DNA from: Cyanophora paradoxa CCMP329
Taxonomy: Eukaryota; Plantae; Glaucophyta
Assembly (NCBI GenBank): GCA_004431415.1
Contig: QPMI01000498.1
Span: forward strand, 1 to 64,000
Direction: 5' to 3'
DNA length: 64,000 nt
Below are positions 21,710 to 34,928 of this stretch, piece by piece; positions within the stretch are counted from its first letter, which is position 1, and each line of letters opens with the position of its first letter. The notes beneath the pieces were generated by a model, which ran no database searches, had not been told where the DNA came from, and saw only the letters and a program-made list of their open reading frames with translations. Made by a program: the position numbers and the translations under genes.

Positions 21710-24700
21710 ATGCCGGCGGGGATGCCGAGCGGCCCGACCTCGCCCGAGGTGCTACCTTTCGGCGGCGCGAAGGGCGAGCCCGGCGCCGGCGTCGCCGCGC
21801 CGGCGGTGCGCGTCAGGGCGGAGCGGGCGTACAGGCTGCTGGTGGACGACGAGGGGGCGCGGGAGCGGGCCCGGGCGGAGGCGCGCCCGGCCGGCTTCCC
21901 GTCTCGCCCGCCCCGGGTGGCCGTCCTCGAGCTCGGCCTCTTGAGCGGAGGCGCCGCCGAAGCCGGCGCCGCATTCGAGTTCGAGGGCCCCGCCGACGCA
22001 GAGAGCCTCGGCGTGGCGCTGAGCCTGGCCGCCCTCAACGCCCCCCGGGTCCGCGCGCGGCCGTGCCCGCCGCCCCTCCGAACTCGAGCTCGGAGCCGCT
22101 GAGCGCTCCGTGCGCGCGCGGCGCAGACGGCGCCGAGCACGACGATGCGCCTCAACATCTCAGAGGACGGGCGCGCCGTCGAGGCCGTCAAGTGCGCATG
22201 CGGCGCCGCCCCGCGCCCGCGCCGGCGCCGCCCACGCCGCACGCGCCGCCGCCGCCCACGCTTCGCCCGCCGCGCCCTCCAGGTTCTCGCTGCTGCCGTC
22301 CTGGAAGGAGCAGCAGGGCGTGGAGTTGGCCCTGCGCGGCCGATGGGTGCGCGCGCCCCGCCCCGCGCCCCGCGCCGCGCCCCGCCGCGCCGCCCGCGCT
22401 CGGCCACTCACCGCTCGGCAGGCCGAGGGCGGGGAGCCGCTGCCCGGCCCGCCGGCGCTGCGGCTGTGCTTGGAGGCCCCGGCGCCGCCGGCCGGACCGG
22501 TACCCAGGGCGAGCCCGGTCGCGACCGAGGCTGCGCCGGGGTCGGGCATGCGCAAGCGGCCCCCCTCCGCCCGCGAGCTCCGCGACGGCGCGTTCGAACA
22601 GGCGCGCCCCGCCCCGCCCGCCCGCCCCGCCCCGCCCCGCCCCGCCCCGCCCCGCCCGCCCCGCCCGCGCCCTCGACATAAACGCAAAATGCTAACAACA
22701 AAATGCTCCCGGCAGGTGTCGAAGAGCCTGCGGAGCATGCCGCCGCCGGGGGCGCCCCCCCCGCCCCGGGCCCGTGCCTTCGACGACGACGTGGCGGCCG
22801 AGGTCCGTTTTGAGGACGTTGTCTCACAGGGCGCCTGCGCCTGCAGTTTCTAGAGAAGTCATTCTAATTAAGCGCCCCGTAGCTTCTAAAGCCGACGTCT
22901 CGCCATATAACTTAGATCGCCGGTCGCTTCTTTGAGGCTCCGGGATCCGCCCCGTCCTCGCCTCAGGCCTCCCCGCACGCAGGAAATCGTGGCGGCGGCC
23001 ATCGCCGCCTCCGCGCTGGAGCCGCCGGCGGAGGGCGCGGGGCCGTCGCCCGCCGAGGCTGCCCTAGAGGCCGCCTTCGTGGGCGTGCGGATCGCCCAGG
23101 AGGCCTCCGCCTCCGCCTCGCCCGGGTCCTCGCCCGCCCACGCCCCCGCCCCCGCCCCCTCGCCCCGCCCGGTCCGTGCGCGCGCCGCGGACGCACGCTC
23201 GCACGCTCGCGCGCCCCGAGCCTGACCTCCGCCACCCCTCCCTCCCTCCCTCCCTCCGCCCTGCTTCTTCTCTACAGCCGACTGCCTCCCCCGACGTGCG
23301 CCGCTGTAGCCCTCAGCTCAGCTGGCTCAGCTGACTCTGCTGACTCTGCAGCGCTCGCCTACTCCGTGGTGGACCAGCGCGACGCCATCCTGGCCCTCGT
23401 GGAGCGCACTTCGGCCGCCCTCGAGGCCCGGCCCCGCCCCGACGGCCGCCCGCAGCCGGCCCTCGCCGCCCTCGCCGCCCTCGCCGGAGTGCTGCGGACC
23501 CTCCAGCCGCGGCCCGGCGAGGTGCCCTCGCCCGAGCCGCTCGGGGGACCCCTCTTCGCGATCGACGTGCTCGACGAGCCGCACATCCAACTCTCGGCGC
23601 TCCCGCCCTGGAATGAACCCGCGGAGGCGGACGCGGCGGCCGCCGCGAAGCCGTACCTGTGGGGCGTGGAGACGTGCCTGGAGGTGGCGAGGACGGCGCC
23701 GGGCCCCGCGCAGCGCGCCGCCGCCGCCCTCGAGGCCGCCGGGCGCCTCGCCTCGGACCACCTCCTGCTCTCCCCGTGGGTCCGCCTGATCTGATCCGGC
23801 GCCTGATCTGATCCGGCGCCTGATCTGATCTGATCCGATCCGATCTGGTCTGATCTGATCTGATCTGATCTGATCTGAGCAGGTCCGCACCTTCGAGGGG
23901 CGCCTCTCCCTCCGCCGCGCCCTCGTCGTCGTCCGCGAGGCCTCCGGCTCCTTCGCCCAGGTACCCCCGTCGCCGCCGCCGTACCCCCCCCCCCCCCCGC
24001 GGCTCAGACGGGGTCCGGCCCGGCGCAGGTCGCTCGGGTCGCCTTCCACCTCCGCGCCGCCGCCCTCCGCCGCCTCTTCGCCTCGTCCGTCGTGCCCTCC
24101 CGCGCCCTTTCCGCGCGCGCTCGACCACGCTCGCGTACCCCCCCCCGCCCCCCGCAGGCCCCACTCAGAGGACGCAATCCGGGGGGCCCTAGACGTCGTG
24201 GAGGTCCTCCGGTAGCTTTCTTTGGCTGACGAGCGCGGAAGCTTTAATTTGGACGCTTTGGCCGACGCGGCGCGCACGCAGGCCGAGCGTGTGCCTCGCG
24301 GCGCCGGACCTCCAGTGGATCCCTCTGGGCGCCGCCCTGGAGATCCTGCGGCCGGCCCTCGCGGCCGCGCGGGAGGCGGCGGCGCGGGGGCGGCCCCCCA
24401 GCGAGGAGCCGGGCCCCTCGCTCCTCTGGGCAGAAGCACTGGTCTCCCTGGGGAGCCAGGAGGTCATGGTGCGCCGCGAGGAGATCTAGAGTGCGAGCGC
24501 CGCGGCGAGCGACGGCCGCCCGCCCGCCCACCCCCCCGAGAGTCGATAGGAGCGTAAGAGCGCCGGATCGAGACAGAGTCTAGATATCTAAAGGCGGATG
24601 AAGGGCGGTCTAGATATCGCTGTACACTGTAGTGCATCGGCAACTAACTTGGGGAGCGCAGGACGGGTTCAAGGAGGGGGGGATCGGGCACCTCTTCGAG

Positions 24701-26123
24701 GCGTGGTCGCTGCTGCTGCGCTGTGGGCCCGCCGGCTGTCCCTCCCGCCTCGAGGCCCGACTCGTCCTCGTCCTGTGCGAGGCCCACGGTCCGTCCGCGC
24801 CCCTCGCTCACCTGAGCCCGATCCGATCCGAGCCCTCTAAGAATAGATCTGAGCCGTCCTTGGGCTTGTGCGGGGCGGGACGGCCCTGCACCCCGTCCCG
24901 TCCCCAGGCTAATCATAGCGGCCTCGAGCTATCTGAGCTTTCCTTTCCAAGCTGACCTCTCTCTCTCTCTCTCGTACCCCCCCCCCCCCCCCGCCCGCCC
25001 TCCCCCCCGCAGTCTTCCTCCCGACGGCGTACAGCCTCGCGGAGCGGCTCTACTGGTACCGCGAGGGGGTACAGGACCTCCACGTCGAGGCCCGCGCCTG
25101 CGCCGCCCTCGGTGCCGCCCCGTACCCCCCTCTCCAGTCCCCCCCCCCCCCTAACGCGCCAGAGCAGGGTTCCTGGCGCTGGGGGCGGGCCGCCTCTCGG
25201 AGGCGCAGGGGTTCATCGACCGCATGTTCGAGATATACCGTGCCCTCTCCCCTGCCGAGCGGTCCGCCGGCGCCCCCCCCCCCCCCCCCTCCCACCCCTC
25301 CGCGGCGCGCCGCGTCGGAGCTACCTCCGGCCAACGCGGGCGGGGGTACAGGGACCGGGAGTCGATGGGGTACAGGGCGGCGAGCCTCTCGATCATGCTA
25401 GCACTGCGGTTCGCCCCTTGGTTCTTTCGACTCATTTGTTTCTGACTTGACAGCTTGCCTTGCTTCTTTCTCCACTTCCGCAGGGCGGGTGACTTCAGGG
25501 GGGTATACGAGCACGCGCGCACCTGCTGCATCCTCGCCCTCGCCCACTCCGACCCCGCCCAGTGCGACCGCGGCCGCCCGGCCCGGCGCCTCTATAATTA
25601 GATCCGTGTGCGGCTCGCCTCTGATGGGGGGTACGGCAATACGGCAGCCCGCGGTCGGTGCCGCCGGAAATGGCGCTCTTCCACTTCCTGAGCGACGCGG
25701 GGGCGCCCCTCGAGGTCCACCTCGAGTTCTTTAAGTTCTTCATGTGCGCTCCCCGGGACGCCATGTGGGACCCGGCGCTCACTGGACACCCGTAGGCACG
25801 TGGCGGCGGTGACGGACCCGCAGAGCCTCAGCCCGGGCACGATGCAGGTGCTCTGCGCGGTGGCCGAGATCCACGCGCGGCTCGGCCTCTGGCGACCCGC
25901 CGCCCACGCCTACGCCCTCGCCCTCCGCGCCGCCGCGCGGTACCCCGGCTCGTACCCCCCCGACCACCCCCGCATCCGGCGCCTGCGCGCCGCCCTCGCC
26001 CGCTGCGAGGAGCGCGCGCGGCGAGCCGTGCGGGCCGCCCCCGCGGACCCCAGTACCAGTCTGCCCAGCCTCAAAGCGGAGCCGGGAAGCCCGGAGGGCG
26101 CGAGCCGCTCAACGGCCGCGTGA
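21710..26123 (+). CDS. Multi-exon protein with C-terminal TPR-like repeat; putative paralog of the 12610-18608 gene
   Basis: ATG 21710; coding exons; last exon VLCAVAEIHARLGLWRPAAHAYALAL...PDHPRIRRLR. Confidence 0.65.
23787..23877. repeat. Intronic (TCTGA)n pentanucleotide microsatellite
   Basis: tgatctgatc... tandem run. Confidence 0.85.
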
Positions 26124-26139
26124 GAGGCCCGCGGCCCGC

Positions 26140-26540
26140 CCGCGGAGCCCGTCACTTCCAGGCTGCAGCTTTCTTCTCTCAAAATTTGCCAATCGCAGAG
26201 ACAGCAGCGGTACATACTACGACAGCTGTAGATATAGACGTCGACGGATCAGATATTTATGCGCGCGCCTAACAACAGATCATCGGATCGTATATATATA
26301 TATATATACTCGCGGAGCCCGCGGAGTCTTCGGATTCCCCCTTGCTTCCAGGTTGCAGCTTTCTTCTCTCAAACTTTGCGGTACATACTACGATAGACGG
26401 ATATATATTTATGCGCGCGCTTAATAACAGATCGCATGCTACTACTACGCCTATCGACAGCAGCGGTACATGTAGCTATAGAGTCAATTTATAGATGGAT
26501 CGGATATTTATATGCCATGATGCGCGCGCTCAAATTTATA
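26140..26540. repeat. Degenerate ~170-bp tandem duplication (about 2.5 copies) downstream of the gene
   Basis: Repeated gcagctttcttctctcaaa...gcggtacatactacga...atatttatgcgcgcgc. Confidence 0.7.
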
Positions 26541-26809
26541 GAGTCAGTTGCACTTTATAGATCGTGTATATACTGCTGCTATGTACACGCCTTGTTCATT
26601 GTATATATTAGTTCCCCGTATTTGTATGTGTCTAGATCTTTTCGTTGCCGTTGGCCGCTTTCGAATTCAAACCTCGACTAGTACTTCATAGCCTTGACAT
26701 TGCATATGCGCATGCATTGCGCGGCCGATATCGATCGTGGATTAAAAAAGAAAGCGACGTACATGTACAAGGGGGCGCCACCTAGATCTAGATTAGATCT
26801 ATCATAGAT

Positions 26810-29800
26810 CTAGCTAGAGGAGGAGGTCGGGGTCGTCGCTGGGGCACGAGTCGGAGGCCACGGCCTCCGAGCGCGCCCCGGCCCCCTGCTGCAGCGCCCC
26901 CACCCGCGGCTCGGGGTACGGCGCCCCGTCCTCGGGCTCGGCTTCGGTCTCGGCGGCGTCGCTCCAGGACCGAGGCCGGGGCCGGGGCTGGGGCCGGGGC
27001 CCCGCCGCCCCCTTGAACTTCCCGCGCTCGAGGTCTCCAGCCAGCCAGCCTGCGGCGGCGCCGTTGTTCGGTCCCGCCCGCTAGCGCGAGGCAGGATGGC
27101 ACGGGCGCGGGCGTCGGCGTCGGCGCACGGCGGACGAGGCGGCGGGAGCGCTCGGGCCCCGCCTCGCCGGGCAGGAGGCCCTGCCGGTCCTCGGCGCCTC
27201 CGGCCCGCCGGCGCGCCCGCCTCCAGCAGCGCCCTCGCCACCTCCACGCGCCCGAGCTGCACGAGAGTACTAGTGTCACTACGGTCGGGTTGAGGGGCGC
27301 AGGGCGGCGGGTGCGCGCACGCGGCAGGCGGTGTGGAGCGGGGTCGAGCCGGCGCGGTCCTGCAGCGCCAGCGCGGCGCGCGCCTGCGGGGCCGCCAGCA
27401 TCGCCGCAAGCAGCACTCCGACGCGGCGCCCCGCCGCCACCGCCGCGTGGATCTGCATAGATAGACAAACGCCGCCGTCAAATTAGGACGAAACCGCCGC
27501 CGTCAGATTAGGGCCGGGCGGGCCGGGCGCGCCGGGGTGCGGCCGGCGGCGTCTTGAGCGGCGAGGTCCGAGGCGGCCACAAGGTCCCGTGCGGCGCGGC
27601 CCATAGCGTCCCTGCGAGTCGGCGAGGGAATATTTAAAGGTGTTAAATCAATCGTTCTTGATTCGGCTTTTCCAATAGTAAAAGATGCTAATTGAACACC
27701 AGAGTCGGCGGTGGCGCGCGGGAAGGAGGGAGGGAGTTAGTTAGGTGGCTCACCAGTCGAGCTCGGGGGGGCCGAAGAGGGGTCCCGAGGAAGGGGCGAA
27801 CATGCCGCCTGCGGCCCCGGCCCTCGGCGGCGCCGGCGCCGGAATCGCGCGCCCCTCTCCGTGCGAGGCGCCTGGAGCCGGGTCCGGCGGGGCCTGGCGC
27901 CAAGGGCGCCGCGCCGCGAGGCGGTGCAGCGGCGTCTCCCCGTCCGCGTTCCGCAGGCGCGCCGCCTGCGACAGCGACCGCCGGCGCGGCTGAGCTCACA
28001 CGAAAGGGACTGCGAGGGGGCGCGGCGCGGTCGGTCGGACCGCGGGGCAGCGCCGCAGGATCGCGGAGACGAGGGGGAATCCGCCCTTGTTGGAGCCGAA
28101 CCCGAAGCGCCCCACGTGGAGGCAGCAGTTGCCCTCCAGGTCCTGTGAGCCCGGCGGGGTCAGGTGAGCCGGGCCCGGGAGCTCGAGAGGCTCAGGTGAG
28201 CCTGCCGCGCGAGCCTGGGCCAGGGGGTTGGAGAGGGTCAGGAAGGCCGCCGCGGCGCCGTGGCGGCCCCGGCGGCACGCAAGCGCCAGCGGCGTCCGCC
28301 CTGCGCCATTTCGTCGCGGCTCGAGAGAGAGAGGAGAGAAGACGGGGGCGGACCGAGGGGGTCCGGGACGGCGAGGGCGGCGGCGGGGTCGGGGCACGCC
28401 GCGAGGATCTCCTTGAGCGGGACCTCGGCCTTGAGCGCCGCCACCTGACAGCGCTGTGAAAGGGGAGGCCGGGCGGAGAAGTAAAGCGTGCGCACGTAGT
28501 GGAAGACGGTGTAGCCGTGCTCGTCGGTGGAGCCGTCGACGCGCTCGCCGCGGGACCAGAGGGCCGTCAGCGCCGCGTTGAGAGCCGCCCTGCGCTCCTC
28601 GGGGACCCGCTGTACCCCTTCCTCCTCCTCGACCTCACGGTCTCGCTCCTCCCCGCGGCCGCCGCCAAGCGGGCGAAACGGCACGAACGGGGCCGGGGCG
28701 GCGGCCGTAGGCTGGGGCGGCGCCGGCCGGAGGAGGGCGAGGAGGGGCGGGGGGCCGCCTGGGGGCCGCCGGGCGGGGTCGGCGCCGCGCTCGAGGAGGA
28801 GCAGGGCGAGCGCGGGGGCCGACGCCGCGCACGCCGCCAGCAGCGCCGTCCTGCCGCGCTCGCTCAGGTAAGCTCAGGTGAGCGAAGGTGAACCGGACGG
28901 GACGGGGCGACCGCCGCACCTTCCCGCAGCGTCGACGGCGTCGACTTCGGTCTCGGGCCGCGCCAGCAGCGCCCGCGCCGCCCGCTCGTCCCCGCGCTCA
29001 GCCGCGGCGATCAGCGGCGTCCGCCCCCGCGCATCCCGCGCCTGAAGAGCCTCAGGGCCCGCCCGCGCTGCGGGACGCCACCGACAGTCAATCGCGGGGT
29101 CTCCAACGGAAAGTGCAATGTCGCCGCCAAGACTCGAACCCACGAGGTCGGGGAAGCAGGTGCCGCAGGCGAAGTGGAGGACGGTCCGCCCGTCGCGCCC
29201 CGCGGCGAGCAGCTCGAGCGGGGCGGCCGCGGCGCCGGCGCCGGCGCCGGTCCCGGCCCCGGCCCCGGGCCGCCCCGCCGCCGCCCCCAACAGGGCCCGG
29301 ACCGCTGTGTCCGCCACGAACCACTTCGAGGCGGCGCGCAGGAGCGGCGTCCGCCCCTCCGCGTCTGTTCGATGCGGACCGGTCAGCGGACCAGACGATG
29401 GGAGCGTGTACATGTCCCGCCCAGGCCCAGGCCTCCTATCGCTAAGCGCAAGAGGAGGAGCCCGCCCCGCCGCTAAGATGATGAGAGCGTGTCCCGCGGC
29501 CGCCCAGGGCCGCTCCGGGAGCGGGCCCACGTTTTCTATCGCTAAGCACAGGACAGGAGGAGGGGGTGCAGGCGCGCGCACCGCGGAGGGCGGATACGGC
29601 GGGCCGGGCGGCGAGGAGCTCGGCGAGGGCGCGCCCCTCGTTCCGCTCGGCGCTCACGTGCGCCGCCGTGTCTCCCGCCCCGTTCTGCGCGATTTACAGC
29701 TGGCCTCGGCTAAAAATAGCGCACGACGCTGTAGAGAGCGCACGGTGGCGGCGGGGTCGGCCCCGAGGGCGAGGAGCAGCCGGGCGGCCTTGCTCGAGTC

Positions 29801-32399
29801 CCGAATCGCCTGCGCGCGGGGCTCGCAGGCCTAGGAGAGAGGGGGCCAGGCGGGATGTAGCGGGCTGCAGGCCATAGGGCGGGGATGCCTGTTGGCATCT
29901 GTCGGATTCTTCCTAGGTTTCTTAAGGCTTTGTAAGGTCTCACCAAACCATACGGGGCGTCTCGTCGGGGCCCACGGCCAGCGCGCTTCTTAAGCTTCTT
30001 AGCTTCTAAAGCTTCTTAGAGTTCTTAACCGTCTTAAGTTTCTCGAGGTCTGTTCTCACCATGAGGGGAGTCTCGTCCGAGTCGAAGGTGCGGGCGTCGG
30101 CGAGGGCGGCGAGCCCCCAGCCGCGCAGCGCCTCCAGCCACTCCTCGGGGGGGTGCGCCGCATCCTCGCGCTCCACCGCGCCCGCCCCGAAGTGGCCCGC
30201 CGCCTGTTTGTTCGTTTGTTCGGCCCTTGTCAGGCAGGTCTCGTGTTAGGTTCTTGTTAGTTGGGTCTTCTCTTCGGCGTTCTTGGGGCGGCCATAAGAC
30301 GGGCGGCTGAGGCGCTGGCTAGCTAGTGGTAGACGGCGGGCGTGAGCTTAAGGCGCGCGTGGACCTGTAACACCTGGCGCACGCGGCGGCCCCGCTCCAG
30401 GGACGCGGCGAAGTGCAATGCCGTCCGCCCCGCCGGCCCCGGGGACCTGAAGACGCAACAAACTGTCAGGAGAGGGTGCACATGTGTGGGGCGAGGGCTT
30501 AAAGGACAGGGCCGGCGCGCCTGCTGGCCGCGGCGCGCATCGGGAACGGGGCGTCCCAGGGACGCGGCTGGCGGCGCCAGGGGCCGGGGAGGGTACAGCA
30601 GAGGGGCGAGGCCCCCGCTTCCACGAGCGCGCCGGCCACGTCCAGCCGCCCCGCCTGAATCGCCTCTGCGCGGAGTCGAACCGGCGCCCGGCCGCGCCAA
30701 GGGGGGGTACGCGCACTCAGGAAGGGGGTCATCCCGTCCGGGTCGGGCCCGTCGAGCCCCGCGCAGGGTACGTCCTTCGGAAGGGCGGCCTGGGAGGATT
30801 GAGCGGGATGTGTGGGGGGGGGGAGGGGGAGAAGAAGGGGGCTACGTGCGCGCCAGGACGTTCTCGACGCTGTAGGGCGTCGTCGACGTCGACGTCAACG
30901 TCGTCAACGCCAGCAGGAGGCGCGAGAGCTGTCCGGGGGGTACGCGTTGGAGGGGGGTACGCTCGCACTGGGGGCTACCGGGTGATCGCGTACCCTCTCG
31001 TCGGGGTCGTCGACGTGGACCTGGAGGTCGGGGGGGGATACAGACTCCAGGACCTTTCGCACGTCCGTGGGGTCCGAGGAGGGGGCGGCTAGAGCAGAGG
31101 TCAAGGCTCCAAACAGGTCATCGCCGCCACCGCCGAACAGGCCGCCGCCGCCGCCGCCGCCGCCGAATAGGCCACCGCCGCCGCCTCCGCCGAACAGTCC
31201 GCCGCCGCCGCCGCCGCCGCCGCCGGCGAATCCACGGTTGCCGATCAGGCCACCGTCCCCGATTCGCGCCCAAACCTGCGCGGCGCCGATCTTTAGCTGA
31301 GCGTGAGACGGGGGCGGCTGGCTGCGGGGGCGGGCGGGCCAGGAAGAGGTGCCGGAGGCGCGGGGCGGCGGGGCGGCGCGTTCCAACGAGGAGGGCCCGC
31401 AGCGCCGCCTCCGACACGGGCGCGTCCGCCAGGTCAAGGGAGACCAGCTCGGGCAGGCTGGGGTTGGGCAGCAGCAGTGAGCGGCGCCGGCTGCCGGGCG
31501 GGCGGGCGGGAGGGAGCGCCTGTGGCGAACGATGATGTCTAGGGCGCAGTGGGGAAGGGGCGGAGGGGCCAGGATCTGCGTGGACCTGCGAGGCGTCGGC
31601 CTCTGGGGTCGGTCTAGCGAGCGAGCGCGGGGAGGGGAGGGGCGCGGCGCGGCCGGGCGCACGGGAGGTACAGGTGGCGGAGGGTTCCGGCGCAGGAGGC
31701 TAGGAGCGAGTCGAGGGCGGCGCCACTGAGGCTGACGGCGGCCGCGTTGAAGAGCTCGAGGCGCGGCAGAGGCGGCAGGGATTCGAACGCGAAGGCTTGC
31801 GGGTTCGAATTCGACACGCCGCGGGCCAGAAAGGCCAGCGAAAGGTGCGTCAGGCAGGGCGCTGCCGCGAGGCACTGCGGCGGGGCGGCCGGTCAGAAGC
31901 ATGCGCCGCGAAACGCGAGCGCGAGGGAGGGTGCCCCCGCGCGGACCCGCCCGATGTCCTTTTCGGAGAGCTGAGGCAGGCCGCTGAAGCAGAGGCGGCG
32001 GACGTGCTTCCCCATGCGTCGGCACGCCGCCACGATGAACCGCGCGCTCTCATCCCGCTGCGCGGCGCGACGTCGTCAGAGCACGCGCGGCGCGGGCGCC
32101 GCAGCGCAGCGCGCAGCTGCAGCGGCAGCGGCAGCGCTCGGACCGAGAAGGCGGGTTCCTCGTAAAGGGAGGGATGCCAGGAAGCGGTCCGAAGGATGCG
32201 GGACGTGCGTCCCAGGCCCAGCGCCAACGCCTGGAGCCCGTCCGCAGCGGCCAGGCGCCGCACGACGTCCAGCAGCAGATCGTCTGCGCAGACGTACGAG
32301 GACAGTCGGTCGATTCGGAGCGGGCGCGCGGCCGCGGGAGCTCGAGCGCCCGCTGGGATCAAGCGCACCGGGCAGCGACTCGAGCCCAGACCGATTCAT
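26810..32399 (-). CDS. F-box + leucine-rich repeat + ankyrin-repeat protein
   Basis: Spliced start MNRSGLESLP|DDLLLDVVRRL (F-box); LRRs LTHLSL, LPRLELFN, LPELVSLDL; ankyrin motifs GRTALHFAA, GRTPLLRAA, GRTVLHFAC, GRTPLIAAA, GRTPLALAC; 3' end approximate. Confidence 0.8.
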
Positions 32400-33302
32400 C
32401 GCTCGCAGCTGCAGCTGCAGCTCAGATGCAGCTTGGCAGCAGGCCTAGGCGAGGTCTAGATCTGCAGCGCACCGGGCGCGCCGGCGCGGGCAATGGGGGG
32501 TATATATATGATCATGTCATGATTCGATCGCGATTTTTGGCCATGGTGCCAGCTGCAGATCTAGAGTCGACGTCGCGATCGACGTCCGACGGTCGACGTC
32601 GACGTCATTGCAATTGCAGCTGCGCATGCATATGCAGGCTGCAGCCTGCATGCGCACGCCCGGCCGCGGCCCACAGCTGCAGCTGCAGCCGCGGCCGGCG
32701 CTGCCATGGCCCATGGGCCATGGCCCATGGCCAGCAGCCTGGCAGCAGCTGCAGGTCACCGGGTCCCTGATCATGAGGAGCCGGCGCCTTCACGCTGAGA
32801 AGCAGTGAGAACTCGGGTGAGAACTCGTGGTGCTGAGCTCGAGAACTCGGCCGCGGGAGCTCGAGATGCTAGAACTGTCTCGGACCATGCCGCATGCGCA
32901 GTGCGCCCTGCCATGGCCAGGCTGCTTTAAGGCTGCTTAAGCAAGCGCTAGCGCTCAGCGGCTTGCGCGCGCAATATAGACCCCGACCCTGGCCTGCATG
33001 CACATGCGGCCCTGCCCTGCGCATGCATGGCGCCGGCGCGCGCTTGCCGAGTCGACGTCGAGCTCGTCCGCGGCCCGCGGGCCGCGGCGCCGGCCCGCGG
33101 CCGGCCGATCGAGGCCTTCCAAGTTCCAATTAAATATATAGGAGCCCCGACCCCCGAGGCCGGGACCGCGGCTGGCGCCGCGGGCCCCGCGCGCTGCTCG
33201 CGCGGGCGTTGCGACCGCATTTACGGTCGCTGACGGGCCGTTGGAACCGAGTCCACGCTGCAGCTGCTGGGCCTGGCGCCGGCCGCCCTGGTCGACTCGG
33301 CG

Positions 33303-33651
33303 ATGAGCGAGCCATCCGCGAGGACCGGTACCGTGGACCGGATTGCTGCCCTGAGCAGCGAGGCCGGCGATTTTGGAACGGGTGTTGTGAGACATGCTAC
33401 GAGGGTCCGAAAAGCTGTGCTGAAAGCTATAGAAAACAACCGCACGCCGACCGAGCGTTGCGCGTCCGCCGCGTCGGGCCGGGCGGGTACACGAATGTAC
33501 ACTTCTCTACCCAGATGTCGGCGAGGGCGCTTTCCTGGACCCGGGTTCATACGCGGCGAGCACGATTATCTGCGCCGTCGCCTCGACGATCGCAAGTCGC
33601 TGGTACTACGGTAAACAGCTCAGCGGCTCGCTGCAGCAGCGTGGCAGTTAG
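33303..33651 (+). CDS. Putative small two-exon membrane protein
   Basis: MSEPSART...RTPTE, intron GTTGCG..CCCAG, then VGEGAFLDPGSYAASTIICAVASTIASRWYYGK...*. Confidence 0.35.
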
Positions 33652-33866
33652 AGCCGAGATCAGTGAGCGCGGCCTCGGCGGGCCTTCTGCGGGCGTTCCG
33701 CGAGGCTCAGAAAGCGTGCCACAGCCTCGGAGAGCGAGCGACTTCGTCCAGCTGCGCCCCGGTGCGGCCCTGCGCCGGCGTCACGCCCTCGGGCTTTGCA
33801 CGCTGTGAACGTACGCGCCGCGTCGGCCTCGCTGAGCCGTCCTGCAGCTCCTGAGCGCGAAAGAAG

Positions 33867-34323
33867 ATGCCGACGGATGTGGAGGCGGCGCTGTCCGCGC
33901 CGAAGCGGCCGCTGAGGGCCGACGAAGCAACTGGCGACTCGTCTTCAGCGGAGCCGCCGCCTGGTGCGACCCGCGGCCGCGCCGGCGCCTCCGATCCGCG
34001 CTCGCTGATCCGTGGCTGCAGAGAAGCAGTCGGTCCTGGTTCGCCTGTACAACAAAGTGCCTGGCGCGACGGACTCCGCCAAGATCAACCTCATCGTGCT
34101 CTTCCTCTGCGCCGCCGTGATGTGCGCACCCCGTGTAAGCCTTCAGCCGGCGCTCCCGCTGACTTGGCTTCGCAGGTTCTGCGCGGGCGACGCCCTGTGG
34201 CACTTCTCGCGCGCCGCGGGCGCGCCGGCCCCCTGGATGTTCTGGCTCTCGATCGCCGTCTTCGGTCTCGGCGGCCTCTGCGGCCTCCTCTTCCTCGTCC
34301 TACTCTGCGTCATCAAGCCTTGA
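33867..34323 (+). CDS. Small three-exon membrane protein (2 TM)
   Basis: In-frame joins PPP|EKQ and AAVM|FCAG across GTGCG..CAG introns; hydrophobic INLIVLFLCAAV and WLSIAVFGLGGLCGLLFLVLLCVI. Confidence 0.65.
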
Positions 34324-34928
34324 AGTTCTTCGAGGGCGTCCGCCTCTGCTAGCCGCCCCTCGGCGCCCGCCTCGCCTCTGCTTCGCCCTCGACTCCCCCC
34401 CCGCCCCCCTCTCCCCTGTGCGGACCCGGGCTGGACCCGACCGCCCCTCGGCCCCCTCACGCCCCACCACCCTTTCTCGGGCCGCAGTACCCCTCCTCCG
34501 CGATCCTCCATTCCCGCGTCCTCCTGCCCCCTGCAGGTGCGGGGCGCGACCCCCTTGGCCCCCCCCCCCCCCCCCCCCCCCTCCTCCTCCGCGACCTCCT
34601 TCAAGCTGGATCGGGGGGGCCTGCGGCCGTGTACCCCTCCCCCTTTTCGGGCCTGCGGGCCGCACCAGGGCGCCCTTGCCCCCTCCTCTTCGGCCCCCTA
34701 GCCCGCCCCTCCCAGCCCCTCCGAGGCTTCGGAACGCTACTGAGGGTGAGGAACGCTAGCGCTAGCCAAGGCCGATCTCGTCGAGCAGAGCCTTGGAGTG
34801 TGCACGTGCACGTGAGGTGGCCCATGAAAATGGCCTCGGCCGAACCACGTACACGTACAGAAGTATACACGCAAAGCGGGGCATCTAGATGTACATGTGC
34901 TTACGGATCGAGCTGCGATCGATATCGA

